From: Vulcanimicrobiota bacterium
GTDB taxonomy: Bacteria; Vulcanimicrobiota; Vulcanimicrobiia; Vulcanimicrobiales; Vulcanimicrobiaceae
Direction of reading: 5' to 3'
DNA: 64,000 nucleotides
Assembly (NCBI GenBank): GCA_963733295.1
Contig: CAVTCS010000003.1
Coordinates: 832,001-896,000, forward strand
Part shown: positions 48,276 to 58,161 of the stretch, piece after piece
How positions within the stretch are numbered: the first letter of the stretch is position 1
Layout: the number at the start of each line of letters is the position of its first letter
Position numbers and translations under genes: made by a program
Notes under the pieces: model-generated
What the model saw: the letters and a program-made list of their open reading frames with translations, nothing else
Database searches by the model: none
What the model was told of the DNA's origin: nothing

Positions 48276-48574
48276 AGCTGGTCAATTTATTCGGCCGCGA
48301 TCTTCCGCTGCCGCCCCTCAGAAAGCGTCTATCGATTCCGGGCGGAGTTCACCTCGCGGTAAGGGGCGGGCGGTCCCGGCGTGACAGTGCGGGCCCAACC
48401 AAGTCAGAAGGGCCCTTGGTCAGCCGGCAGTCCTGGGAGGCGTTGGGAGGCCCTCTCGGTGTGCGCGGCCCTCCCAAAACGGCGATTTGTCGTCCGACCG
48501 CCAAGCGGGCGATGGCCGCCCTTAGGCTCGCTCGCGGAGGGCCTCCTAGCCCGGCGGGAAGGGCACCCTTCTCG

Positions 48575-48603
48575 TTGCCAGGTGCCCCCGGACCTGGTAT
48601 ACT
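48575..48603 (+). promoter_or_regulatory. Sigma70/SigA-type promoter of rpmG-tRNA-Trp-secE-nusG
   Basis: TTGCCA-N17-TATACT. Confidence 0.75.
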
Positions 48604-48676
48604 CGGGTGCGAACGGGCCGCGCGTCCGTTTTCTTTATGTTCGATTTTACGGACCGCACCTTACAGGGCAAGTGAG

Positions 48677-48841
48677 ATGGCAAAGAAAGAGAATCGCGTC
48701 ATGGTAGTGTTGGCTTGCAACGAATGCAAACGGCGCAACTACAACACGCAAAAGAACAGGCAGCATAACAGCGATCGAATGGAATTGTCGAAGTACTGCC
48801 GCTGGTGCCGCTGCCACCGTCCGCATCGCGAGACGAAATAG
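48677..48841 (+). CDS. rpmG: 50S ribosomal protein L33 (zinc-binding type)
   Basis: [11 protein letters not shown]...KYCRWC...HRETK. Confidence 0.95.
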   Translation: MAKKENRVMVVLACNECKRRNYNTQKNRQHNSDRMELSKYCRWCRCHRPHRETK

Positions 48842-48855
48842 CGGGAATAAGCCAT

Positions 48856-48931
48856 AGGGCGGTAGCTCAATTGGTAGAGTTGCGGTCTCCAAAACCGTCG
48901 GTTGCAGGTTCGAGTCCTGTCCGCCCTGCCA
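48856..48931 (+). tRNA. tRNA-Trp(CCA)
   Basis: AGGGCGG/CCGCCCT acceptor, CTCCAAA loop, ends GCCA; canonical position before secE. Confidence 0.95.
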
Positions 48932-48956
48932 ATAATTTCCGGAGGAAGTCACGAGT

Positions 48957-49250
48957 ATGAACAGGCCAACGGGTGGAGGCGGAACGACGGCGCGACCGGG
49001 CGGTTCCGCGCGTCCTGGTTCGCCCCCTCGGCCGATCCAACGGCCGGGTGCCAATCGCGCCGCGAACCCGATGCAGTTTCAGAATTTTTTCCGCTCTCTC
49101 GTAGCCGAGATGAGACGCGTCACCTGGCCGACGCGGCAAGAGGCGATTTCGGCGACGATCTTGACGATCGGACTCGTCGTCGTCATCGGATTCTTCACCT
49201 ACGCCGTCGACGAACTGTTCGGCTTCCTGTTCGGACTGGTGCATAAGTAA
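48957..49250 (+). CDS. secE: Preprotein translocase subunit SecE
   Basis: EMRRVTWP plus single TM. Confidence 0.93.
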   Translation: MNRPTGGGGTTARPGGSARPGSPPRPIQRPGANRAANPMQFQNFFRSLVAEMRRVTWPTRQEAISATILTIGLVVVIGFFTYAVDELFGFLFGLVHK

Positions 49251-49254
49251 CGTT

Positions 49255-49866
49255 ATGGAAAGCGTAGAGAACGTAGACTCGTCGCAAGCGAGCGTAACGC
49301 TCGCCCCTACCGTCGCTCCTTCGAAGAAGGACGAGCGGCGCAAGTGGTATGTCATTCACACCTACTCGGGTTACGAGAACAAGGTGAAGGCGAACCTGGA
49401 GCGGCGCATCCACTCGATGAACATGCAAGAGAAAATCTTCCGCGTGCTCGTTCCGATGGAAGACGAAGTCGAGTTCAAGGACGGCAAGCGCAAGATCACT
49501 CCGAAGAAGGTCTTCCCGGGCTACGTGCTCGTCGAGATGGACATGGACGATCAGTCGTGGTACGTCGTGCGCAATACGTCCGGCGTGACCGGCTTCGTCG
49601 GAAGTCCGGGCGCGGGCGAGAAACCGAACCCCCTGCAAGAAAAAGAAGTCAAGACGATCCTCAAGCAGATGGGCATCGAAACGCCCAAGCTCAAGATCGA
49701 CTTCGCGAAGGGCGATCGCGTCAAGGTCACCAGCGGGCCGTTCTTCGACTTCACCGGCATCGTCGACGAAATCCAGCCGGAAAAGGAAAAGGTTCGGGCA
49801 CTCATCTCGATCTTCGGCCGCGAAACGCCGGTCGAGCTCGAGTTCTACCAAATCGAAAAGGTGTAG
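49255..49866 (+). CDS. nusG: Transcription termination/antitermination factor NusG
   Basis: WYVIHTYSGYE, FPGYV, KOW domain, IFGRETPVEL. Confidence 0.97.
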   Translation: MESVENVDSSQASVTLAPTVAPSKKDERRKWYVIHTYSGYENKVKANLERRIHSMNMQEKIFRVLVPMEDEVEFKDGKRKITPKKVFPGYVLVEMDMDDQSWYVVRNTSGVTGFVGSPGAGEKPNPLQEKEVKTILKQMGIETPKLKIDFAKGDRVKVTSGPFFDFTGIVDEIQPEKEKVRALISIFGRETPVELEFYQIEKV

Positions 49867-49886
49867 CACGCGTCAGGAGGGTTCCC

Positions 49887-50602
49887 ATGCAACCATCCGC
49901 CCTACGACACCCCGAAGCTCAATTTCCCCGAGATCATTCAGAGCGCGTTTACCGACGCGCTTCCACTGTTGCGCTCGCGTCAACGGTTGTGGCTGATATT
50001 CGCAGCGATCGCGGCGACTCGGCGGACTGCTCCTGCCATTCTTGCCAAAGACGTCACATTCCACCAGACGTCATCCGACAGGCGCCTGGTCGAGATCGCC
50101 GGATGGCGGTTGCAATGGCCGCACAGCTCCCCAACGTGCTGGGACGATTTCGTGCTTTTTCGTCATCGGTAGCGTCTTGCGCACGGTGCGCCCCGGCTGG
50201 CATTGGACACTTCGATATTTCTTTACGATTCTCGTCGTCTATCTGCTCATTGTTGCATGTGTATTCTCCAGTTGCTTCTTGGTAAAGATTCGTGGATTTT
50301 TCTGCTCGCTGCTCTTTGCGGCGACATTTTTCTTTAGCATCAAGTGGTCTCAGACGCTTGGTGCTATCTTCTCAGCGAAGGGAAGAATCCGTTTCGTCGA
50401 ATCGTGGACCGTTACAAACGGAATGTTTTGGCCGAACCTTTCTTCTGGCGGTCATGTTGTGGGTCGTGTTTGCCTCGGTCTCAGATCGCTCTTAGGGTCG
50501 TCGGCGGACCTTGGCGTAGTGGCTCACCGTATTCCTGCTGTGGCAGCCTTTCCGCTCATGTATTTCGGCTGCGTCTTCACACTAGCACTTCGTGTTTCTT
50601 AG
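49887..50602 (+). pseudogene. Multiply frameshifted membrane-protein gene (pseudogene or sequencing error)
   Basis: GGAGG SD plus ATG; coherent hydrophobic fragments alternate between frames (PYDTPKLNFPEII, LGGLLLPFLP, LPNVLG, FFVIGSVLRTVRP, IKWSQ, WCYLLSEGKNPF, ESWTVTNGMFW). Confidence 0.6.
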
Positions 50603-50687
50603 CGTCGTGCAGTTGGATGCTAGCCTTGCGCATGCGTTTGCGCGGCGCGCTACCGCCCGGAGCGGCTTCGATGCCGGCCACGACCTG

Positions 50688-51082
50688 ATGTACATCTCGA
50701 CTCTTGACGCTGTTCGTCCACGACGTGGATCGAGCCATCGACTTTTACACACGCGTGCTGGGCTGGGAGAAACGTGACGACGCCGAGATGGCGCCTGGCA
50801 TGCGCTGGGTGACCGTCGGGTCCTCCAGGTGAGAAGACCAGTTTTGTCTTGGCGCGCGGCTTCGGTGGCTGGTCGCCCGAAAAGGTCGGCGGCCAAACCG
50901 GTACGGTTCTCGAGGTCGACGACGTCGAGGCGGCCGCAGCCGATCTGATGGAGCGAGGGGTCGAATTCACCGAACCGCCCAGAGTCGAACCGTGGGGGCT
51001 TTGGGCGCAATTCCAGGACTCCGAAGGCAACGAGTTCGGGCTGCATTCCGAACAAAGTACGCTGGCGGGAGTCAACGTCTAG
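50688..51082 (+). pseudogene. VOC/glyoxalase family gene with two single-base insertions
   Basis: Reconstructs as MYIS-LTLFVHDVDRAIDFYTRVLGW...RWVTVG-PPGEKT...VEFTEPP...[11 protein letters not shown] with shifts near 50702 and 50820. Confidence 0.8.
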
Positions 51083-51090
51083 GGCCGGCG

Positions 51091-51119
51091 TTGCCGGCTG
51101 GCCCGTTTCCCTGTATACT
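51091..51119 (+). promoter_or_regulatory. Sigma70/SigA-type promoter of rplK-rplA
   Basis: TTGCCG-N17-TATACT. Confidence 0.75.
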
Positions 51120-51206
51120 ATGGCGGTTGCGCCGTCCAGCCCGACCCCGGCCCGGCGCCGTTTACGTGGGGGAGATTGCCGCAAGGCATTCGTTAGGAGT
51201 TTTTCA

Positions 51207-51632
51207 ATGGCTAAGAAAGTCGTCGGCACGATCGGCTTGCAATTGCCGGCCGGCAAAGCGACGCCGGCGCCGCCCGTCGGCCCCGCGCTCGGACCGTACT
51301 CGCTGAACATCATGGCGTTCTGCAAAGAGTACAACGAGCGCACCCAGTCGCAGGCCGGCATGATCATCCCGGTCGAGATCACCGTCTACGAAGACCGCAC
51401 CTTCAGTTTCATCACGAAAACGCCACCGGCGAGTTTCCTGATCAAACGTGCGCTCGGAATCGAGTCGGGATCGGCGATTCCCAATCGTAACAAGGTCGGC
51501 AAACTGACCCAGAAGCAACTGCGCGAGATCGCGGAGGCGAAGATGGCCGATCTCAACGCGAACGACGTCGAGATGGCGATGAACATCATCGCCGGCACCG
51601 CTCGCTCGATGGGCGTCGAGGTGTCCGCATAA
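51207..51632 (+). CDS. rplK: 50S ribosomal protein L11
   Basis: [28 protein letters not shown]. Confidence 0.98.
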   Translation: MAKKVVGTIGLQLPAGKATPAPPVGPALGPYSLNIMAFCKEYNERTQSQAGMIIPVEITVYEDRTFSFITKTPPASFLIKRALGIESGSAIPNRNKVGKLTQKQLREIAEAKMADLNANDVEMAMNIIAGTARSMGVEVSA

Positions 51633-52345
51633 TGCCCACCCATCAGCACGGCAAAAAATACCGCGAAGTCATCGCCTCGTTCGACCGCGAGAAGCTCTAC
51701 GACGTCGTCGAAGCCAGCGCGACGGTAAAGAAGAACGCGCGCGCGAAATTTGACGAGACGATCGAGATTCACGTCCGTCTCGGAGTGGATCCGAAGAAGA
51801 GCGATCAGAACGTGCGCGGTACGGTACAACTGCCGCACGGCACGGGCCGCACGGTCCGCGTCATCGCTTTCGCCAAGGGCGATAAGGCCAAGGACGCCGA
51901 GGCCGCCGGAGCCGATGTCGTCGGCGATCAGGATCTCATCGACCGCATCAAAGCCGGCTTCGCCGATTTCGACGTCGCCGTCGCGACGCCCGACATGATG
52001 GGCGCGGTCGGTTCGAACCTCGGCCGCATTCTCGCGCAGAAGATGCCGAACCCGAAGTCGGGAACCGTGACGCCGAACATCGGCGCGGCGATCCGCGACA
52101 TTAAGGCCGGTAAGGTCGAATACCGGCTCGACAAAACCGGCATCGTGCACACGATCGTGGGCAAGGCGAGCTTCGCCGAAAATCAACTCGCCGACAACAT
52201 CGCCACGCTGATGGACGCGATCGTGCGGGCCAAGCCCGCCTCGTCGAAGGGCACGTACGTTCGCAGCATCACGCTGGCGAGCACGATGGGCCCCGGCGTC
52301 AAGGTCGATCCGAACCGCGTGAAGATCGCCGGCGGCGCCTCCTAG
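51632..52345 (+). CDS. rplA: 50S ribosomal protein L1
   Basis: [28 protein letters not shown]. Confidence 0.98.
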   Translation: MPTHQHGKKYREVIASFDREKLYDVVEASATVKKNARAKFDETIEIHVRLGVDPKKSDQNVRGTVQLPHGTGRTVRVIAFAKGDKAKDAEAAGADVVGDQDLIDRIKAGFADFDVAVATPDMMGAVGSNLGRILAQKMPNPKSGTVTPNIGAAIRDIKAGKVEYRLDKTGIVHTIVGKASFAENQLADNIATLMDAIVRAKPASSKGTYVRSITLASTMGPGVKVDPNRVKIAGGAS

Positions 52346-52360
52346 GCGTTCCCCGAGCCG

Positions 52361-52389
52361 TTGACCGGATTGCCCGCTTCGGGTATGAT
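52361..52389 (+). promoter_or_regulatory. Sigma70/SigA-type promoter of rplJ-rplL
   Basis: TTGACC-N17-TATGAT. Confidence 0.75.
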
Positions 52390-52400
52390 GGTCGACGGCT

Positions 52401-52530
52401 CCGAAGAACGTAGGTCCGCCGCAGGGCGGGTAATGCGCAAGCGCCTACCGAGGATGCGCGACGACCCGGCTTTCACGGACGTTTCTTTCGTGCGGCAGGT
52501 GGCGCTCACCCAGAAGAGTTGGAGCGCCGT
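52401..52530 (+). promoter_or_regulatory. Ribosomal protein L10 leader (autoregulatory RNA)
   Basis: CCGAAGA..GTAGG...TAA...CCTACCGAGG core in the 5' UTR of rplJ. Confidence 0.7.
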
Positions 52531-52556
52531 TTCTTTTTCCGGAAGAAAGCACGCAC

Positions 52557-53081
52557 ATGCCCACCGCCAAGAAAGAACAAACCGTCGAGGAATTGCGCAA
52601 GCGGCTCTCCGGCGCTAAGAATCTGTTCTTCACGAACTACGCGGGATTGACGGTTTCCGAAATTTCGAAGCTCCGCAACGAGCTTCGCAAGGACGGCAGC
52701 ACCTATGCGGTCGTGAAGAACACGCTGTTTTCCATCGCCGCGGGCGACGAGCTTGCGAAGCTTGTGGAAGCCTATCTCTCCGGGCCGACGGGAGTCGTGT
52801 TCGCAAACGACCCGGTCTCGCCCGCCAAAGCGATCAAGCATTTCTCCGACGACGTCAAGAAACTCGACGTCAAAGCCGCTTACGTCGAAGGCAAACTCAT
52901 CGACGGGGCACAGATCGCAGCCCTCGCCGCGCTCCCCTCGAAAACCGAGCTGCACGCGAAGGTTGTCGGACTCTTCGCGAGCCCGCTGCGCGGATTCGCC
53001 ACGGTCCTGGCCGCAAATCGGAGCGGATTCGTCCGCGTTCTCAGCGCTCGCGAGAAGCAACTCGCCGAGTCAGCATCTTAA
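52557..53081 (+). CDS. rplJ: 50S ribosomal protein L10
   Basis: YAGLTV, LRNELR, VVKNTL, LSGPT, LAALPS. Confidence 0.97.
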   Translation: MPTAKKEQTVEELRKRLSGAKNLFFTNYAGLTVSEISKLRNELRKDGSTYAVVKNTLFSIAAGDELAKLVEAYLSGPTGVVFANDPVSPAKAIKHFSDDVKKLDVKAAYVEGKLIDGAQIAALAALPSKTELHAKVVGLFASPLRGFATVLAANRSGFVRVLSAREKQLAESAS

Positions 53082-53097
53082 GTAGGAGAAGCAAAAC

Positions 53098-53478
53098 ATG
53101 GCAGTTGCCGATATCATCGATCAAGTTGAAAAGTTGACCGTCCTCGAATTGAACGAACTGGTCAAGAGCCTCGAAGAGAAGTGGGGCGTCAGCGCCGCGG
53201 CGCCGGTCGCCGTGGCGGCCGCAGGCGGAGCCGCGGGTGCGCCTGCCGCGGCGGCGCCCGCCGAGAAGACCGAATTCGACGCGGTCCTCACCGAAGTGGG
53301 CGCGGAAAAGATCAAGGTCATCAAGGCAGTCCGCGAACTCACGAGCCTCGGGCTCACCGAAGCCAAGGCGTTCGTCGAGAGCGCACCCAAGGCGATCAAA
53401 ACCGGAATTCCGCGCGACGAAGCAGAGCAGATCAAGGCGAAGCTCGCGGAAGCCGGCGCAACGGTTGAGATCAAATAA
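53098..53478 (+). CDS. rplL: 50S ribosomal protein L7/L12
   Basis: [11 protein letters not shown], Ala-rich hinge, [19 protein letters not shown]. Confidence 0.98.
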   Translation: MAVADIIDQVEKLTVLELNELVKSLEEKWGVSAAAPVAVAAAGGAAGAPAAAAPAEKTEFDAVLTEVGAEKIKVIKAVRELTSLGLTEAKAFVESAPKAIKTGIPRDEAEQIKAKLAEAGATVEIK

Positions 53479-53506
53479 CGAGGCTCTCGATTCGTTCGAG
53501 AAATGG

Positions 53507-53540
53507 AGGGGCGCCGGGATTTTCCCGGCGCCCTTTTTAT
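53507..53540 (+). terminator. Intrinsic terminator after rplL
   Basis: GGGCGCCGGGA-ttt-TCCCGGCGCCC followed by TTTTT. Confidence 0.85.
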
Positions 53541-53570
53541 TCCTTTGCGCGCGACGCGGTCGCGAAACGG

Positions 53571-55685
53571 CTAGTGGACGAGAAACCCGACCAGCAGAAG
53601 CGCGACGATGTTGAGGACTTTGATCATCGGGTTGATGGCGGGGCCGGCGGTGTCTTTGTACGGATCGCCGACCGTGTCGCCGGTTACGGCCGCGGCGTGG
53701 GCGGGAGAACCTTTGCCGCCGTAATTGCCGTCTTCGATGTATTTCTTGGCGTTGTCCCAGGCACCGCCGCCGCTCGTCATCGCGATTGCGAGGAAGAGGC
53801 CGGTCACGATCGATCCGATGAGGACGCCGCCCATCACCTTCGCTCCGCCGTTCTCGGGAAGGAAGTATGACAGAGCCACCACCACGATCGGGATTCCGAC
53901 GGGAATGAGTGCGGGAACGATCATCTCGCGCAGCGCGGCGCGCGTGACGATATCGACGGTCGTTCCGTAGTTGGGCTTTTGCGTGCCGTCCATGATGCCG
54001 GGCATCTCGCGGAATTGACGGCGCACTTCCTCGACGACCGCACCCGCGGCGCGACCGACCGACTCCATCGACAGCGAGGCGAAGAGATAGGGCGCGAGAC
54101 CACCCACGAGCAAACCGGCGATGACGTAAGGATCGCCGATGCTAAACGTGATCGGCGTGGTCGCGCAGGCGGCGCTCGCGGCGGCCTTACACTTGTCGGA
54201 AAGCTCTTGTAAGAACGAGGCGAAGAGCACGACCGCGGCCAGGCCGGCCGAGCCGATGGCGTAGCCTTTGGTGACGGCTTTGGTCGTATTGCCGACGGCG
54301 TCGAGCGGATCGGTAATGCCACGAACCGATTCCGGCATGTCGGCCATCTCGGCGATGCCACCGGCGTTGTCGGTGATCGGACCGAAAGAGTCGATCGCCA
54401 CGATGATGCCGGCCATCGAGAGCATCGACATAACGGCGATGCCGATGCCGTAGATACCGGCGAAGGCGTTCGAAACGAGGATTCCGCCGACGATCGTCAG
54501 CGCAGGTAGTGAGGTCGCCTGCATCGAGACCGCGAGACCCGCGATGATATTCGTCGCATGACCCGTTACCGAAGCCTTGGCGATGTTCTGGACCGCGCGG
54601 AACGTCGTGCCTGTGTAGACTTCGGTAATGTACGTGATCAAACCGGTGACGACCAGGCCCACCAGCGCGCAAACGAAGATGCTCAGCGTCGAAAGCGTCT
54701 GGCCTCCCGGCAACGTGACGGGGGTTCCGAACTCTTGTGCGGTCACGAAGTAGAAGAAGATGGCCGAGAGAACGCCGGCTACGATCAAGCCGCGATAGAG
54801 CGCGCCCATGATCGAACCGGTGCTGTTGCTGCCCATGCGCACGAAGAACGTGCCGATGATCGTGGCGACGATCGAAACGGCGCCGAGCACGAGCGGAAAG
54901 GTGACGGCCGAGGGTAGCAGACTGCCCAGAACCAGGTGCCCGAGCAGCATCGCCGCGACCGTGGTAACGACGTAGGTCTCGAACAAGTCGGCAGCCATCC
55001 CGGCGCAATCGCCGACGTTGTCGCCCACGTTGTCGGCGATAACGGCCGGGTTGCGCGGATCGTCTTCGGGAATCCCGGCTTCGACTTTCCCGACGAGGTC
55101 GGCTCCGACGTCGGCGGCCTTCGTGAAGATGCCGCCGCCCAGACGTGCGAACACCGAGATGAGCGAACATCCGAAGGCGAGCCCGATCATCGCACCGAGC
55201 GAGCGCGCGACGTCGCCGTCGTTCACTTGCATCATGATCGCGAAGTAGCCGCTGACCGCGATGATGCCGAGTCCTACCACGAGGAGTCCGGTGATCGCGC
55301 CGCCGCGGAAGGCGAGCGCAAGGGCCGGCCCGAGGCCCTGCCTCGCCGCTTCGGCGGTACGGACGTTGGCCCGGACCGAGACGAGCATTCCGATGAACCC
55401 CGCCGCACCCGAAAGCGTCGCTCCGATCAAGAAGCCGATGGCGGCCTCGATTCCGAGCGGAGGCGCCAGCGCGATCAGGATCGCCAGGACGATTGCGACC
55501 GCACCGACCGTCGTGTACTGGCGCCGCAGGAAGGCCATCGCGCCTTCCTGGATCGCCGCGGCGATGGCCTTCATCTGGTCGTTCCCGTCGGACTGACGCA
55601 AGACCCAATTGATCAAGAAGGCGCCGTAGAGGATTGCCAGGACGCCGGCTCCGAGGCCGAGTTCGATCCCAAGAGAGCTAGCCAA
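53571..55685 (-). CDS. hppA: Membrane-bound H+-translocating pyrophosphatase (K+-independent type)
   Basis: [42 protein letters not shown]. Confidence 0.95.
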   Translation of the reverse strand: MASSLGIELGLGAGVLAILYGAFLINWVLRQSDGNDQMKAIAAAIQEGAMAFLRRQYTTVGAVAIVLAILIALAPPLGIEAAIGFLIGATLSGAAGFIGMLVSVRANVRTAEAARQGLGPALALAFRGGAITGLLVVGLGIIAVSGYFAIMMQVNDGDVARSLGAMIGLAFGCSLISVFARLGGGIFTKAADVGADLVGKVEAGIPEDDPRNPAVIADNVGDNVGDCAGMAADLFETYVVTTVAAMLLGHLVLGSLLPSAVTFPLVLGAVSIVATIIGTFFVRMGSNSTGSIMGALYRGLIVAGVLSAIFFYFVTAQEFGTPVTLPGGQTLSTLSIFVCALVGLVVTGLITYITEVYTGTTFRAVQNIAKASVTGHATNIIAGLAVSMQATSLPALTIVGGILVSNAFAGIYGIGIAVMSMLSMAGIIVAIDSFGPITDNAGGIAEMADMPESVRGITDPLDAVGNTTKAVTKGYAIGSAGLAAVVLFASFLQELSDKCKAAASAACATTPITFSIGDPYVIAGLLVGGLAPYLFASLSMESVGRAAGAVVEEVRRQFREMPGIMDGTQKPNYGTTVDIVTRAALREMIVPALIPVGIPIVVVALSYFLPENGGAKVMGGVLIGSIVTGLFLAIAMTSGGGAWDNAKKYIEDGNYGGKGSPAHAAAVTGDTVGDPYKDTAGPAINPMIKVLNIVALLLVGFLVH

Positions 55686-55863
55686 TTTTCCTACCTAATA
55701 AGCAGTGCCCACACAAAAGAAGACCCCGGGCCTGTGGCGTCGCGGGGCGCGGGCGGACGACCGAATCGCGTTTGGCACCGGGTTTGAGCAGTCCTGTCCG
55801 CGCGCTGCGGAGAGTCAGCGTTCACGCGGAAATGCGACGCTTTCGCGCGAAGGGCCGCCGTGA

Positions 55864-57060
55864 ATGCGAGACGTCGAGTTCCTGATCGTGGGGTGCGGTC
55901 CCGCGGGTGGTACTGCCGCTCGGGAAGCCGCGCGTGCCGGGGTGGATACCCTGGTCTTGGAAAAGGACTCGGTCGTCGGTGCCAAGCGCGTCTGCGCGGC
56001 CGGTTTGCGGCCCGGCTTTTGCGAACAGTTCGACCTGCCGCGTTCGATCGTGCACTGCGATCCGGTGACGATCGCCCTCCACGCCACGAGCGGTAGGCGC
56101 TTTTCGTTGTCGGTCGGACAAGCCCACACCACGACTCGCGAAGAACTCGACGGGACGATTGGCGCCTTGGCGCGGGACGAGGGCGCGCAGATCCTCACGA
56201 ACGCGCTGTTTCGCGGATACGAAAGCGACGGTGCGCGCACGATCGTCGAGTACGCCGACACGGCGACCGGCGAACGCAAACGCGTGCGCACGCGGAACAT
56301 GTTCCTGGCTCAAGGTTCGACCGCGCGCATCGATGCCGACTCGCCGATCGGTTACAAAGGCTGGGCCGAGGGTCTCATAACCTGCTATCAATATCGCGTT
56401 TACCTCGAGCGGCCCGCGATTAGCGAAGCGTATCAGACGCTGGAAATGCACTACTACACGACACCCGCCGGCCGCAACGTCATCGCCTGGATGTTTCCCA
56501 AACGCGATCATCTTTCGATCGGCTTGGGCATCGGTGCGAAGCTCGCCGGCAAGGAACTGCGCGCGGAACTCGACGCATTCTTACCGACCGTGGAACGGCG
56601 CCTTTTCCCCGGTGTCGCGTACACGATTCGCGAAGAGGGTAATCTGCTTTACGGGGGCGCTCCTCGCCCACGCATCAGCGCCGGCAACGTGATGATCGGC
56701 GGCACCGCCGCCGGTTTGGTCGACGCGACGACCGGCGAGGGGATCCTCGAAGCCGCGATGTCGGGTCGCGTTGCCGCGCAGGCCGTTGCGGACGCGCGGC
56801 GGGGCCGGACCTCGATGCCGGCGCAGCAGTACGAGAAGACCCTCAAGGCACTGCTTTACGGCAAGCTGAGCAATCGCCATAAGTTGATGACGTTCCTGGA
56901 ACGCCGCCCCGTGCGCTTCGACGTTCTCTTCGAGCAGCTGTCGTGGTTTCCGCGTTTCGCCGACCTGCTGCAACGCGAACGCAACGACTTCTCGCTCGGC
57001 GAGTGGGTCTATCTCTACGCGCAAGCCGCGTTCTTTTCGGTTCGCGCTCTGCGCGCTTGA
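55864..57060 (+). CDS. FAD-dependent oxidoreductase, geranylgeranyl reductase-like family
   Basis: VGCGPAG, CAAGL, WMFPK, AAGLVDATTGEGI. Confidence 0.85.
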   Translation: MRDVEFLIVGCGPAGGTAAREAARAGVDTLVLEKDSVVGAKRVCAAGLRPGFCEQFDLPRSIVHCDPVTIALHATSGRRFSLSVGQAHTTTREELDGTIGALARDEGAQILTNALFRGYESDGARTIVEYADTATGERKRVRTRNMFLAQGSTARIDADSPIGYKGWAEGLITCYQYRVYLERPAISEAYQTLEMHYYTTPAGRNVIAWMFPKRDHLSIGLGIGAKLAGKELRAELDAFLPTVERRLFPGVAYTIREEGNLLYGGAPRPRISAGNVMIGGTAAGLVDATTGEGILEAAMSGRVAAQAVADARRGRTSMPAQQYEKTLKALLYGKLSNRHKLMTFLERRPVRFDVLFEQLSWFPRFADLLQRERNDFSLGEWVYLYAQAAFFSVRALRA

Positions 57061-58079
57061 TCGCATTCGCCGCGCGGCGCTTGCTGCGACTCGCGCTCGT
57101 CTTAGTCGCAATTACGATCGTCAGCTTCGCCTTCATGCACGCGATCCCGGGCGATCCCGTGCTGAACCGCTTGGGCGAGCACGCCACGCCTGAGGAGATC
57201 GCTTCATTGAGGACGTCACTGGGGTTGGACAAGCCCTGGTACCTTCAGCTGGCGATCTATTTCGGGAACCTGCTGCATGGGGATCTGGGAGTCTCGTTGA
57301 TCGACGAGCAACCCGTTTCCACCAAGCTCGCGCAATATTTTCCGGCGACGCTCGAACTCTCGGTGGGCGCGATCGTCTTTGCGATCGTGCTCGGGATTCC
57401 GGCCGGCATCGTGGCGGCGCTGCGCCGGCGCTCGGCTCTCGACGTGCTGACGATGAGCGGCGTTTTGCTGGGCGTGTCGATACCGGTTTTTTGGCTGGGC
57501 TGGATCCTCGTTTACTTACTCGCTGTACTACCAAGCAAGTGGGGACTCAACCTATTTCCGATTTCGGGCCGCATCTCGCTCGCCTACTTCGTCCCGGCGC
57601 GGACCCACCTGGTGGTGCTCGATGCGCTCCTGGCCGGCAATCTGCGCGCCGCCCTCGACGCCTTGTGGCACCTGGTCTTGCCCGCAGTCACCCTCGGCAC
57701 CATTCCGCTCGCGATCGTGGCGAAGATCACGCGCAGCGGCATGCTCGAGGTGCTGCGCAGTGATTACGTCCGCACCGCCCGTGCCAAGGGCCTTTCCCAA
57801 GGGGCGGTGGTGTACAAGCATGCCCTGCGGAACGCGCTCGTACCGATCCTTACGGTCGTCGGGCTACAGACGGGGATTCTGCTCGGGGGCGCGGTCCTCA
57901 CCGAACACATCTTCGCTTGGCCGGGCGTCGGACGGCTCGCCTTCGATGCGATTTCGAACCGGGATATGCCCCTCATCAACGGTTGTATTCTGCTGTTCGC
58001 GGCGGTGTTCGTGATCGTAAACACGCTGGTCGACCTGCTCTACGCCGCGGTCAACCCGCGTATCAGGTACGGCGCCTGA
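57057..58079 (+). CDS. Peptide ABC transporter permease (OppB/DppB family)
   Basis: PGDP, LGLDKP, GDLG, DYVRTARAKGL, HALRNA; TTG overlapping upstream TGA. Confidence 0.93.
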   Translation: MIAFAARRLLRLALVLVAITIVSFAFMHAIPGDPVLNRLGEHATPEEIASLRTSLGLDKPWYLQLAIYFGNLLHGDLGVSLIDEQPVSTKLAQYFPATLELSVGAIVFAIVLGIPAGIVAALRRRSALDVLTMSGVLLGVSIPVFWLGWILVYLLAVLPSKWGLNLFPISGRISLAYFVPARTHLVVLDALLAGNLRAALDALWHLVLPAVTLGTIPLAIVAKITRSGMLEVLRSDYVRTARAKGLSQGAVVYKHALRNALVPILTVVGLQTGILLGGAVLTEHIFAWPGVGRLAFDAISNRDMPLINGCILLFAAVFVIVNTLVDLLYAAVNPRIRYGA

Positions 58080-58161
58080 GGGCCGGCTTGCCGGGAAAGT
58101 GTGGGGAGGCGGACGTGGAATACCGTATCCTCGAAGACAGCCGTACGAGGAAGAGGCTGGT

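Noticed and set aside
51125..51206. L1 autoregulatory site in the rplK leader
   Set aside because: GGGAG and a small hairpin are present but I could not confirm the complementary motif
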